A stretch of DNA of 64,000 nt from Vulcanimicrobiota bacterium (lineage in GTDB: Bacteria > Vulcanimicrobiota > Vulcanimicrobiia > Vulcanimicrobiales > Vulcanimicrobiaceae), in assembly GCA_003135555.1 (NCBI GenBank), contig PLCF01000085.1, forward strand, positions 152,589-216,588, in the 5' to 3' direction. This document shows, piece after piece, positions 9,437 through 19,192 of this stretch. How positions within the stretch are numbered: the first letter of the stretch is position 1; each line of letters begins with the position of its first letter. The translations under genes and the position numbers were made by a program. The notes below the pieces were generated by a model. That model was given only the letters and a program-made list of their open reading frames with translations. It was not told where the DNA came from and did no database searches.

Positions 9437-11320
9437 TCAGCGGCGGCGGTAGCGGGTGAAGGTGACGCCGTCGAGGACGTACGCACCGGGCGGCGCGACC
9501 AGCGTCAGATCGCGCACCGCCGTCACCGGGTGGCGCGCCAAGAAACGTCCGGCTTCGGCATCGTCGCGCGGGAACGCCGAGACGACGACGCCGTCGGGCA
9601 GCGTCGCCGGCACGCTGCGCCACCTGCCCGTCGAACCGTCGGCGAAGCGCACCGCGACGAACGTCTCCGGCGCGCGCCACAGCAGCGTGCGCAGTTTCGT
9701 AGCCCAGGTCGGGCGCAGGGCGAACGCGGCGGCGACGAAGGCGTCGGGCGACCCGGCCGGCGGGATCGCGATCGGAGCGTTGAGCGCCGGCGCGGTCGCG
9801 CCCCCCGCCGGTTCGGCGTCGCAATGCGCCGCGGGCTCGCGGCGCAGCAGCACGTAGCTGTCGCCGCCGGCCGTCGTCACCTGCGGCAGCGCGACCGCGT
9901 AGCGGCATAACAGCTCGGTCGTCGTCGCGGGCGCCTCGCCGAACGGATAGCGCCCGTCGATCGCCAGATAGCGGTACAGCACGTACGCGGCGCCGTGCTC
10001 CACGAGCGCGTCGCGATTGAGCCCGTCGAGCCACGGCGTGTAGGCGCTGTAGGCTTGGAAGACCGGCAACGGGTCCCAGCGCAGTCCGCCTTCGCGCACG
10101 ATCGCGGTCTCCCACGGCAGCACGTCGACCGTCGCCGTGCCCAGGCGCGCCGCGACGCCGGGCGGGAGCCGGTCCGGCCCCAACGCGGCGTCGAGGGCGG
10201 CGGCGAGGCGGGCCGTCGTGATCCGCGGATGCAGGGCGTAGGCCGCGCCGTGCCGGACGCGCGCCGGTTCGAAGAACGCTGGAATCTCGTGCCAGACCCG
10301 GGATTGCGCCCACAGGAGCGCGCCCAGCGCCAGCGCGGTCGCAGCGACCCCGGCCGGCGCTGCGCGGCCGCGGCGCAGCACCGTCCCGAGCAGCGGTACG
10401 ACCGCGGCCGCCGTCATGAAGAAGTAGAGAATGTGGCCGTCCTGCCGGACGAAGCCGTGCTTCCAGGCCAAAAACGTCACCACCACGGCGAGCAGCGCTT
10501 GCGCGGGCTTGCGTTCACGGACGGCGGCGCCGGCGAGGACGGCGATCGCCGCCGCAACGAGCAGCGCGACCGCGATCTCGATGCGTGGCCCCCGCAGCAC
10601 CATGCCGGCCGAGTAGCCGCCGGATATCTCGGCAGCGCCGCGCAGGTACGCGCCCAGGGCGGAGGGCGCGAACCCGAAGGCGGCGGCCAGCCCGAGGGCG
10701 GTGATCCCGTAGGCCAGGGCGGCCGCGAACAGGGCGCCGCGGCGCCGGCGCCGCGGCCCGCGCAGCACGGCGACCACCCACACCGCGGTCCCCGCCGCGA
10801 GCACGTCGAGGCCCAGGGTGAACTTCGAGAGGGCGCCGATCACGCCGACCACCCCGACCGCCGCGCCGACGAACGGCGCCAGGCGCGGATGGCGGCCGGC
10901 CCGCATCAGCAGCGCGACGACGCCGATTGTGGCGACGTAGTCGACGGTGACGTTCGTGGCGACGAACACCACGATTGCCACCAGCGCCACCTTGAGCAGC
11001 GCCTTGCCGCGTCCCGCGACGACCGTCCAGAGCCCGGCCACCGCGACCCCGGCGAGCACCACGTTCACCAGCAGCGCCGTCCCGGCCAAGGCGGGATCGG
11101 GGACGCCTTGGAGTGCGAAGCCGAGCGGCCCGAACGTGAACACGATGTCCTGCCCGAAGCGCAGCCCGTGCTCGGCGGCCAAGGTGAGACCGACGCGCCA
11201 CGACTCGTCGAGCCCGGGTCCGATCACCGCCGGCGGCCGCAGCAGCGACAACCCCCACGCCGTCGCGAGCAGCGCGCCGAAAGCTGCACCGGTGAGCCGT
11301 AGCGGGCGGGGCGCGATCAC
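9437..11320 (-). CDS. Polytopic membrane protein, GT-C-like (putative polyprenyl-P-sugar-dependent transferase)
   Basis: First loop 'GLDESW...FGQDIVFTFGPLG', about 11 TM segments, 'KHGFVRQDGH', soluble C-terminal domain. Confidence 0.6.
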   Translation of the reverse strand: MIAPRPLRLTGAAFGALLATAWGLSLLRPPAVIGPGLDESWRVGLTLAAEHGLRFGQDIVFTFGPLGFALQGVPDPALAGTALLVNVVLAGVAVAGLWTVVAGRGKALLKVALVAIVVFVATNVTVDYVATIGVVALLMRAGRHPRLAPFVGAAVGVVGVIGALSKFTLGLDVLAAGTAVWVVAVLRGPRRRRRGALFAAALAYGITALGLAAAFGFAPSALGAYLRGAAEISGGYSAGMVLRGPRIEIAVALLVAAAIAVLAGAAVRERKPAQALLAVVVTFLAWKHGFVRQDGHILYFFMTAAAVVPLLGTVLRRGRAAPAGVAATALALGALLWAQSRVWHEIPAFFEPARVRHGAAYALHPRITTARLAAALDAALGPDRLPPGVAARLGTATVDVLPWETAIVREGGLRWDPLPVFQAYSAYTPWLDGLNRDALVEHGAAYVLYRYLAIDGRYPFGEAPATTTELLCRYAVALPQVTTAGGDSYVLLRREPAAHCDAEPAGGATAPALNAPIAIPPAGSPDAFVAAAFALRPTWATKLRTLLWRAPETFVAVRFADGSTGRWRSVPATLPDGVVVSAFPRDDAEAGRFLARHPVTAVRDLTLVAPPGAYVLDGVTFTRYRRR

Positions 11321-11405
11321 CGCGTCGGCGGTTCGCGCAGGCGACCGGCGACCCTTCGCGCGGGAGGATTCGACCGCGCCGCCCGACTACGGCGCACCGA
11401 GGACC

Positions 11406-12476
11406 ATGCCGTCAACCATACTCGTCGCCGGCGGGGCCGGCTTCGTCGGCTCCAACCTGGCGCTGCGCCTGCGAGACCGCTACCCCGAGGCGCGCGTCCT
11501 CGCCGTCGACAGCCTCAAGCGGCGCGGCTCGGAGTGGAACGTGCCACGCCTCGCCGCGGCGGGCGTCGAGTTCCGCCACGCCGACATCCGGCGGCCTGAC
11601 GACCTCGTCTTTCCGGGGCTGCGTTTCGACCTGCTCGTCGATTGCTCGGCCGAACCGGCGGTGCTCGCGGCGTACGAAACCGGCCCGCCGGCGGTGATCG
11701 ACACCAACCTCAACGGCACCGTCAACCTGCTCGAAGTCGCGCGCCGGGACGGCGCCGACGTGGTCTTCCTGTCGACGAGCCGCGTGTATCCGATCGATTC
11801 CCTCGACGCGATCGCCGTCGAGGAGGGGACGACGCGCTTCGCGATCGCCCCGGTCCAGACGCTGCCCGGCGTCGGGCCGGCGGGGATCGGCGAGGACTTT
11901 CCGCTCGCGGGCGCGCGCTCGCTCTACGGTGCGACAAAACTCGCTTGCGAGCTGCTCTTGACGGAGTACGCCGCGATGTACGGCCTGCGCACGATCGTGA
12001 ACCGCTGCGGCGTCATCACCGGACCGTGGCAGATGGGCAAGGTCGACCAAGGCGTGTTCGCGTTGTGGATGGCGCACCACTATTTCAACCGACCGCTCGC
12101 GTACATTGGCTACGGTGGCACCGGGAAGCAAGTGCGTGATCTGGTCGCGATCGGGGAACTATGCGACGTGGTGCTGCGCCAGATCGACGGGATCGCCACA
12201 CTCCCGCGCCGCGCCTACAACGTCGGCGGCGGGCTCGCATCGAGCTTGTCGCTCGCCGAGGCGACCGCCCTGTGCGAGGAGATCACGGGGAACCGGGTGG
12301 AGATCGCGCGCGTACCGGAGAACCGTCCCTCGGACGTTCGCCTCTACATTACCGACAACGCGCGCGTCGCAGCGGCCACCGAGTGGTCCCCGCACGCGTC
12401 GCCGCGTGAGACGCTCGTCGCTATCTTCGACTGGATCCGCGAGAACGAACGTCTCGTGGCCCCGCTCTGGTCCTGA
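11406..12476 (+). CDS. NAD-dependent epimerase, CDP-paratose 2-epimerase-like
   Basis: 'GGAGFVGS', 'STSRVY', 'YGATK', 'RCGVITGPWQMGKVDQG', 'GTGKQVRD'. Confidence 0.8.
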   Translation: MPSTILVAGGAGFVGSNLALRLRDRYPEARVLAVDSLKRRGSEWNVPRLAAAGVEFRHADIRRPDDLVFPGLRFDLLVDCSAEPAVLAAYETGPPAVIDTNLNGTVNLLEVARRDGADVVFLSTSRVYPIDSLDAIAVEEGTTRFAIAPVQTLPGVGPAGIGEDFPLAGARSLYGATKLACELLLTEYAAMYGLRTIVNRCGVITGPWQMGKVDQGVFALWMAHHYFNRPLAYIGYGGTGKQVRDLVAIGELCDVVLRQIDGIATLPRRAYNVGGGLASSLSLAEATALCEEITGNRVEIARVPENRPSDVRLYITDNARVAAATEWSPHASPRETLVAIFDWIRENERLVAPLWS

Positions 12477-12525
12477 CCAACTCGCCGCAAGGAGCTCTCC
12501 GATCTCGTCTTTCGCCATACTCGGG

Positions 12526-13314
12526 ATGTCGCTGGAACAATCGCAGCGCCGCCGCGTTTTCGAGCTGATCCGAATTTCTGCGTTGCGCTCGCTCAAGGTC
12601 CGCTACCGGGGCAGCGCGCTGGGCGTGTTGTGGTCGCTGACCAATCCGGTGATGCTCACCGCGGTATACACCGCGATCTTCGGCACTGCATTTAGCCAGT
12701 ATTACGGCGGCTCGGTCGCTCGCTACGTCGTCTCCGCGTTCGTCGGGCTCGCCGTCGTGACGTTCTTCCTCAACGCGACCAATGAAGCGTTGACGAGCGT
12801 GGTTTCCAACGGCTCGCTGATGAACAAGATCGCGATCCCGCCGGCCATCTTCCCGCTCGCGGCGATCGCCGCAAACTTGTTCCAGCAGGCGGTCACCGCG
12901 TTTCCGATCGTCTTGCTGCTCTCGATCCTGCTTGCTCACGATCCCGTGCGTGCACTCCTGGTCCCCGTCGTGCTATTCGCGATCATGCTGCTCTGTACGG
13001 GCTTCGGGCTGGCGCTTTCGGCGCTCTTCGTGTTCTTCCGCGACCTGCCGTACCTTTGGCAGATCGTTGGGTTCATCATGTGGATGACGAGTCCACTGTT
13101 CTACCCGATCGAGGTCGCGTCGCCGAGCGTGCGGCGCTGGTTCGCACTCAACCCTATCGCCCAGGATATGAGCGCGCTACGTGAGGTCGTCTATGGACAG
13201 GGACCGATCAACTTCCACTATATTTGGCTCGGCCTGGTCGTCGGCTTCGTCGCGCTGATTCTCGGAACCGTGTTCTTCCGCGCCACGCAAGCCGAGTTCA
13301 TGGATCTTCTGTGA
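12526..13314 (+). CDS. wzm: ABC-2 glycan exporter permease
   Basis: 'LKVRYRGSALGVLWSLTNP', 'FFRDL', 'SPLFYP', 'LNP'; 6 TM segments. Confidence 0.9.
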   Translation: MSLEQSQRRRVFELIRISALRSLKVRYRGSALGVLWSLTNPVMLTAVYTAIFGTAFSQYYGGSVARYVVSAFVGLAVVTFFLNATNEALTSVVSNGSLMNKIAIPPAIFPLAAIAANLFQQAVTAFPIVLLLSILLAHDPVRALLVPVVLFAIMLLCTGFGLALSALFVFFRDLPYLWQIVGFIMWMTSPLFYPIEVASPSVRRWFALNPIAQDMSALREVVYGQGPINFHYIWLGLVVGFVALILGTVFFRATQAEFMDLL

Positions 13315-14297
13315 CGCGGGCAGCGATCGACCTCCGCGACGTCACGCTCATCCGGCGCACTCAGGAGGAGCTGCACTACGACCTCAAGCGCACCCTGCTC
13401 GACTTGGCGGGTGGACGCGTGCGCAAAGTGCGTCGTCAACAGGTCCTCGACGGAGTTTCGCTCCGAGTGGGTCACGGCGAGAAGGTTGGGTTGATCGGTC
13501 CGAACGGTAGCGGGAAGTCGACGCTGCTCAAAGTCATCGCCGGTGTGTTGCGCCCGACTCAGGGCAGCATGACTGTCGAAGGGACTTTGGCTCCCCTCAT
13601 CGAGCTAGGCGTCGGTTTCGACCCGGAGCTGTCCCTCGTCGACAACATCGTCTACTACGGCGTGGTGCTCGGGCACGAGGAGGCCGAGGTCCGCGAGCGC
13701 ATTGAGGGGATTCTGGAGTTCGCTGAGCTAGGGCCGTTGCGCGATCAGCCGACCAAGACCCTATCCTCGGGGATGGCGGCGCGGCTCGGTTTTGCAATCG
13801 CGACCGAGTTCCGCCCCGACATTCTGCTGCTCGACGAGGTTCTGGCGGTCGGGGACGAGCGTTTCTTGCGCAAGTCGGCGGCGCGCTTGGACCGGTTCTG
13901 GGATGCGAAGTCGACGATCGTGCTCGTCTCTCACGACTTGCAGTACATCGAGCGCACCTGCGATCGCGCGATCTGGCTCGATCATGGAACCGTCCGTTTC
14001 GACGGGCACGCCGGCGAGGCGGTGCGCCAATACCTGGCTACCGTTCCGGGCGACAACGCGTTCCGGCGTGGCGACGAACTGATCGAGCTCGCGCGGCAGA
14101 ACGTACGCGGCGAGATCGTCGTGCGGGGCACGTCGCCGACGGACGAAGGTCTCAAGGTCTTTCTCATTCGCGACGGCGTTCGTCATTGGGTGACCCACCC
14201 GCGGTGGTACGCCAAATCCGGGTACACGTGGGGGGACATCATCCACGTCGACGACACCGTGATTCGGGAAGTTCCGGAGGGGGACTGGCTCTCCTGA
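13311..14297 (+). CDS. wzt: ABC glycan exporter ATP-binding protein with a short C-terminal extra domain
   Basis: Walker A 'GPNGSGKST', signature '[11 protein letters not shown]', Walker B '[11 protein letters not shown]', 'VSHD'. Confidence 0.9.
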   Translation: MTRAAIDLRDVTLIRRTQEELHYDLKRTLLDLAGGRVRKVRRQQVLDGVSLRVGHGEKVGLIGPNGSGKSTLLKVIAGVLRPTQGSMTVEGTLAPLIELGVGFDPELSLVDNIVYYGVVLGHEEAEVRERIEGILEFAELGPLRDQPTKTLSSGMAARLGFAIATEFRPDILLLDEVLAVGDERFLRKSAARLDRFWDAKSTIVLVSHDLQYIERTCDRAIWLDHGTVRFDGHAGEAVRQYLATVPGDNAFRRGDELIELARQNVRGEIVVRGTSPTDEGLKVFLIRDGVRHWVTHPRWYAKSGYTWGDIIHVDDTVIREVPEGDWLS

Positions 14298-15388
14298 TGT
14301 CCGTCGTCGTCGTCACCGGTTCGGCCGGCCTGATCGGTTCGGAATCGGTCGCCTACTTTGCCGAGCGCGGGCACGAGGTCGTCGGGATCGACAACGACTT
14401 CCGGCGGCGCTTCTTCGGCCCCGACGCGTCGACGGAATGGAACCGGCTCTCGCTGCAGGCGCGCTTTCCCAAGCAGTATACGCACGTCGACGCCGACGTT
14501 CGCGACGCCGCAGCGATCGACGCGCTCTTCGCGCGCTTGGGCAAGCGGGTCGCACTGGTGATCCACGCGGCGGCACAGCCATCCCACGATTGGGCGGCAA
14601 CCGATCCGCACACCGACTTCACCGTCAACGCCAACGGCACGCTGTGCGTGCTCGAGGCCGCTCGCAACCACGCGCCGAGCGCCGTGTTCGTGTTCACCTC
14701 GACCAACAAGGTCTATGGCGACGCGCCCAACGAGCTCCCGCTGGTCGAGCTCGAGACGCGCTGGGAGATCGCGCGCGACCATCTGTACTGGGAGGGGATC
14801 GACGAGAACCTGCGCATCGATCGGTCGACCCACTCGATCTTCGGCGCTTCGAAAATCGCCGCCGACGTGCTGGTACAAGAGTACGGCCGGTATTTCTCGA
14901 TGCCGACCGCGGTGTTTCGCGGCGGCTGCCTCACCGGCCCCAACCATTCCGGCACCAAATTGCACGGGTTCTTGGCTTACCTCTTGAAGTGCACCGCGAT
15001 CGGCAGCCCCTACACCGTGCTCGGATACAAAGGTAAGCAGGTCCGCGACAACATCCATGCGCACGATCTCGTCACGGCGTTCGACGAAGTGTTCCGGGCA
15101 CCGCGCTGCGGTGAGGTGTACAACGCCGGCGGGACGCGCCGCAGCAACTGCTCGATGCTCGAGGCGATCGCGCTGTGCGAAGACGTCGCCGGGCGCAAGC
15201 TGGACTGGACCTATACCGACACCAACCGCATCGGCGACCACATCTGGTACATCAGCGACATGGCCAAGTTCAAGGCGCACTATCCCGGTTGGAAGCAGCG
15301 CTACGACTTGCGCGGCCTGCTCGAGGAGATGTACGAGCGCAACGTCGAGCGCTGGCGGGCCGAGCGCGACGAGCACGCCGCGGTCTAG
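14297..15388 (+). CDS. NAD-dependent epimerase, CDP-paratose 2-epimerase-like (second paralog)
   Basis: 'TGSAGLIG', 'AAAQPSHD', 'STNKVYGD', 'FGASK', 'GKQVRDNIH'. TGATG overlap with wzt. Confidence 0.8.
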   Translation: MSVVVVTGSAGLIGSESVAYFAERGHEVVGIDNDFRRRFFGPDASTEWNRLSLQARFPKQYTHVDADVRDAAAIDALFARLGKRVALVIHAAAQPSHDWAATDPHTDFTVNANGTLCVLEAARNHAPSAVFVFTSTNKVYGDAPNELPLVELETRWEIARDHLYWEGIDENLRIDRSTHSIFGASKIAADVLVQEYGRYFSMPTAVFRGGCLTGPNHSGTKLHGFLAYLLKCTAIGSPYTVLGYKGKQVRDNIHAHDLVTAFDEVFRAPRCGEVYNAGGTRRSNCSMLEAIALCEDVAGRKLDWTYTDTNRIGDHIWYISDMAKFKAHYPGWKQRYDLRGLLEEMYERNVERWRAERDEHAAV

Positions 15389-15404
15389 TGTGCAGCACAC
15401 TAGC

Positions 15405-16199
15405 ATGCTGTCGATCGTCATCCCGGCGCACAACGAGGAAGAGCACGTTGCGGACACCGTGACCCAGATCGCGCGGCGCTTGGCGGCGGAAGACGTGCCG
15501 TTCGAAATCGTCGTGGTCGACGATCATTCCGCCGATGGGACGGCCGCGGCGGTCGCCCGCGCCGCCGCCGCCTGGCCCACCGTGCGCTGCGTGCCGAACG
15601 TGCGCAGCCAGGGCTTCGGCAACGCGATCCAGACCGGGCTCGAGGCGTTTCGCGGCGATGCGGCCTGCATCGTGATGGCCGACGCTTCGGACGATCCGGG
15701 CGATATCGTCGCCTACTGGCGCGCGATCGAGCGCGGCTACGACTGCGCCTTCGGCACCCGGTTCACGCGCGCCGCGCGCGTGGTCGAGTACCCGCTCCCC
15801 AAGCTGCTGCTCAACCGGGCCGCGAACGCCTTCATCGCCGCGTTGTTCGGGATCCGCTACAACGACGTGACCAACGCGTTCAAGTGCTATCGCCGCGAGG
15901 TGATCGCGGGCGTCGCGCCGATCCTGTCGCACCACTTCAACATCACCGTCGAGCTGCCGCTCAAAGCGATCGTGCGCGGGTACTCTTGGACCGTGATCCC
16001 GACGAACTGGTACAACCGCAGGCACGGCGTTTCGAAGTTCCGGATCAAGGAGATGGGGAGCCGCTACCTGTTCATCGTGCTGTACGCGCTCATCGAGAAG
16101 TGGCTCTCGCGGGGCGACTACCGCGCGCCGGCCAGGGACGGTGGGCGCCCGCCCGAAGGGACCCTGGTCGCGCCGCGCTCGAAGGGGTCGACGCCATGA
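15405..16199 (+). CDS. GT2 glycosyltransferase, DPM-synthase-like (polyprenyl-phosphate glycosyltransferase)
   Basis: 'IVIPAHNEE', 'VVDDHSADGT', 'MADASDDP', 'GTRF', 'DVTNAFKCYR'. Confidence 0.85.
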   Translation: MLSIVIPAHNEEEHVADTVTQIARRLAAEDVPFEIVVVDDHSADGTAAAVARAAAAWPTVRCVPNVRSQGFGNAIQTGLEAFRGDAACIVMADASDDPGDIVAYWRAIERGYDCAFGTRFTRAARVVEYPLPKLLLNRAANAFIAALFGIRYNDVTNAFKCYRREVIAGVAPILSHHFNITVELPLKAIVRGYSWTVIPTNWYNRRHGVSKFRIKEMGSRYLFIVLYALIEKWLSRGDYRAPARDGGRPPEGTLVAPRSKGSTP

Positions 16200-17137
16200 A
16201 TTTGCTCGCGCGCTTGCGGCGGCCCGCTGCGCCGCGATTCCGAGCCGTCGTACCGGACGTGCCCGCGCCGCCGGAGGCGCTGGCCGCGTTTCGCGCGTCG
16301 TCGTTTCCGTCGGTCGGCCCGCGCCCGTGGCTCGATCTGCCCGACGCCGCCGCCGCGATCGAACGCCGCCGCGAGCGCGGCGAGATCTCGGCGTCCGAGG
16401 CGTCGTACGCGCGGCGCTGGGTGCGCGACGGGTTCGTCGTTCTCGAGAGCTTTTTCGACGAGCGACGGCTCGACGCGGCATGGGCCGCCTACGAACGCGC
16501 GGTGGCGGACGGCGCCGTGGTTCCCGATGCCGCCCCGTCGGCCGACGAGCCGTATCCCGGTCGAACGCTCAACCCGCACTTCGTGGTAGCAGAGATCGAT
16601 GCGCTGCTGCGCGACCCGGCGGTGGTCGAGGTCGTCTCGATGCTCCTCGACGCGCAGGCGATCCCGTTCCAGACGATCATGGGTCACAAGGCCTCCGAGC
16701 AGAAGGCCCACTCGGACGCCGTCCACATGACGACCTACCCGCTGGGATATCTGGCCGCGTCGTGGCTGGCGTTCGAGGACATCGTCGCGGACTCGGGGCC
16801 GCTGGTCTACTATCCGGGCTCGCACCGCCTGCCGTATCTTTTCGCCGAAGACGTGGGGATCTCACCGCAGGAGTTCGTCGAGCGCGGCTACCAGCCGTAT
16901 CACGAGCGCTACGAACCGCGCATCGACGCGCTGATCGAAGAAGCCGGGTTGCAAGCGCACTACTTCACGCCGCGCAAGGGCGACGTGTTGCTGTGGCACG
17001 GCAACTTGATCCACGGCGGATCACCGCGGGTCCGCGCCGGGACCTCGCGTCGCGCGCTAGTGTGCCACTACTTTGCGGCCGGGTGCGTCACCTATCACGA
17101 CTTGGCAGCGAGCCCGTCGCACCTCCAAGCCCACTGA
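16196..17137 (+). CDS. Phytanoyl-CoA dioxygenase (PhyH)-family Fe(II)/2-oxoglutarate oxygenase
   Basis: 'AHSD' (HxD), 'SGPLVYYPGSH', 'KGDVLLWHGNLIHGG', 'RRALVCHY'. Confidence 0.85.
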   Translation: MNLLARLRRPAAPRFRAVVPDVPAPPEALAAFRASSFPSVGPRPWLDLPDAAAAIERRRERGEISASEASYARRWVRDGFVVLESFFDERRLDAAWAAYERAVADGAVVPDAAPSADEPYPGRTLNPHFVVAEIDALLRDPAVVEVVSMLLDAQAIPFQTIMGHKASEQKAHSDAVHMTTYPLGYLAASWLAFEDIVADSGPLVYYPGSHRLPYLFAEDVGISPQEFVERGYQPYHERYEPRIDALIEEAGLQAHYFTPRKGDVLLWHGNLIHGGSPRVRAGTSRRALVCHYFAAGCVTYHDLAASPSHLQAH

Positions 17138-17144
17138 GGCGGCC

Positions 17145-19151
17145 ATGAGCGACGTTTCGAACGGCGGCGACGCGGGGCGCGATGCTCCCGCACCGGAACC
17201 CGAGGCGCTGCTGCGCGACTACGTCCGGCTGCTCGAGGCGGAGCGCAACGAGCTGCGCCGGCGCCTGGACGCGGTCAACACCTGGGTGACGGCGACGCGC
17301 GCCTCGGCCGAAGCGGTGCGCCCGCTGCTGCGCTCGATGCAGGAGAGCAAGTTCTGGAAGGCGCGCAACGCGTGGTTCGAGCTCAAGCACCGGATGGGGC
17401 TGCATCCGGTCGGGGCGCAGGCTCCGGTCGATCTGATCGTCTCGGAATTCGAGCCGGTGCAGTCGCGCGTCTCGATGTTCGAGCGTTGGCTGGCGGCGAA
17501 CGATTTGCGCCCGAGCGACGCGGCGCTGTTGCGCGAAACCGTGCAGATCCTCCCGCATACCCCCGGCATTGCGATCGTGATGCCGGTGTACAACACCCCT
17601 GAGCGGTACCTGCGCGCAGCCCTCGACTCGGTGCTCGACCAGATTTATCCGCACTGGGAGCTGTGCATCGCCGACGATGCGTCGACGCAGCCGCACGTGC
17701 GCGCGGTCCTCGAAGAGTACCAGGCCGACCCCCGCGTGAAGGTCGCCTTTCGCGCGCACAACGGGCACATCTGCGAGGCCAGCAACACCGCGCTGGCGCT
17801 GGCTTCGAGCGAGTTCGTGGCGCTGCTCGATCACGACGACGTCTTGACCCCCGATGCGCTGTTCGCGGTGGCCCTGCTGCTCAACCGCTCGTCCGACGCC
17901 GATTTCATCTACAGCGACGAAGACAAGATCGACGAGCTCGACCGCCGCAGCGAGCCGTATTTCAAACCCGAATGGTCGCCGGACTCGTTTCTCGCGCGCA
18001 TGTATACGGGCCACTTGGCGGTCTTCCGGCGCGCGCTCGTCGCTGCGGTCGGCGGCTTTCGCCCCGGCTTCGAAGGCAGCCAGGACTACGATCTGGTGTT
18101 GCGCATCACCGAGCAGACGCCCCGGATCGAGCACATCCCGCGGATTCTCTATCACTGGCGCATCCATCCCGAGTCGGCGGCCGCGGGCGCGGCGTCCAAA
18201 CGCTACGCGTTCGAGGCCGGCCGGCGCGCGATCGAAGAAGCGCTGGCGCGGCGCGACGAGCCCGGCCGCGTCGAAGAGTTGCCCGAGGCCGGCAGCTACG
18301 TCGTGCGCTACGTGATTCGCGACCCCGCCAAAGTCAGCATCATCGTGCCGACCCGCGATCACGCCGACGACGTCGAGCGCTGTCTGAGCTCGATCTTCGC
18401 CCGCGATTCCTACCCCGATTTCGAGCTGCTCATCGTCGACAACGGCTCCACCGAGCGGACCGCGCTGCAGGCGTTCGAGCGCTGGACGGCCGCGCAGCCG
18501 CGGGTGCGGGTGCTGCGCCACGACGTGCCCTTCAATTTCGCCGAGATCAACAACTACGCCGCTGCGCAGGCCGGCGGACGTTACCTGCTCTTTCTCAACA
18601 ACGACACCGAAGTCGTCACCGACGATTGGCTCGAGGCGCTCGTCGAGTACGCCCAACGGCCGAGCATCGGCGCGGCCGGCGCCAAGCTCCTCTACCCCGA
18701 CGGGACGATCCAGCACGCCGGGGTCGTCACCGGCATCGGCGGGGTCGCCGGGCACAGCCACAAGTACGCCGACGCGACGACGGGCGGATACTTCAACGTG
18801 CTGCGCACGGTCAACAACTATTCGGCGGTAACCGGCGCCTGCATGATGGTGCGGCGCGAGGTGTTCGAGCGCATCGGCGGCTTCGACGAAGCGCTGGCGA
18901 TCGCGTTCAACGACGTGGACTTCTGCCTCAAGGCGCGCGCGCTGGGCCTTTACAACGTGTACCTGCCTCACGTCGTGCTGTACCATCACGAATCGAAGAG
19001 CCGCGGGGCCGAGGACACGCCCGCGAAGCGGGCTCGCTTTGACGCCGAGCGCGACTTGATGCTGGAGCGTTGGGGTTCGGCGCTCGCCGGCGATCCGCAT
19101 TACAGCCCGCACCTCTCGGTGACGTCGGAGGACTTCGAGTTGCGCCGATAG
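17145..19151 (+). CDS. Two-domain GT2 glycosyltransferase with N-terminal coiled coil
   Basis: 'VMPVYNT', 'IADDAS', 'LDHDD', 'YSDEDK', 'GSQDYDL', 'IVPTRD', 'FLNNDTE', 'FNDVDFCL', 'HHESKSRG'. Confidence 0.9.
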   Translation: MSDVSNGGDAGRDAPAPEPEALLRDYVRLLEAERNELRRRLDAVNTWVTATRASAEAVRPLLRSMQESKFWKARNAWFELKHRMGLHPVGAQAPVDLIVSEFEPVQSRVSMFERWLAANDLRPSDAALLRETVQILPHTPGIAIVMPVYNTPERYLRAALDSVLDQIYPHWELCIADDASTQPHVRAVLEEYQADPRVKVAFRAHNGHICEASNTALALASSEFVALLDHDDVLTPDALFAVALLLNRSSDADFIYSDEDKIDELDRRSEPYFKPEWSPDSFLARMYTGHLAVFRRALVAAVGGFRPGFEGSQDYDLVLRITEQTPRIEHIPRILYHWRIHPESAAAGAASKRYAFEAGRRAIEEALARRDEPGRVEELPEAGSYVVRYVIRDPAKVSIIVPTRDHADDVERCLSSIFARDSYPDFELLIVDNGSTERTALQAFERWTAAQPRVRVLRHDVPFNFAEINNYAAAQAGGRYLLFLNNDTEVVTDDWLEALVEYAQRPSIGAAGAKLLYPDGTIQHAGVVTGIGGVAGHSHKYADATTGGYFNVLRTVNNYSAVTGACMMVRREVFERIGGFDEALAIAFNDVDFCLKARALGLYNVYLPHVVLYHHESKSRGAEDTPAKRARFDAERDLMLERWGSALAGDPHYSPHLSVTSEDFELRR

Positions 19152-19192
19152 AGGTGCAAACACGGTGCCGGAGGGAAATGTAAAGAACGTCC

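Noticed and set aside
9444..9457. GGCGGTAG resembling an ops/JUMPStart element
   Set aside because: It lies inside a coding end, on the strand opposite the local genes, and is not in an operon leader.
17088..19163. Long antisense ORF (691 aa) and similar shadow ORFs throughout the window
   Set aside because: These are expected opposite high-GC genes with strong codon bias, and they contain no recognisable motifs.
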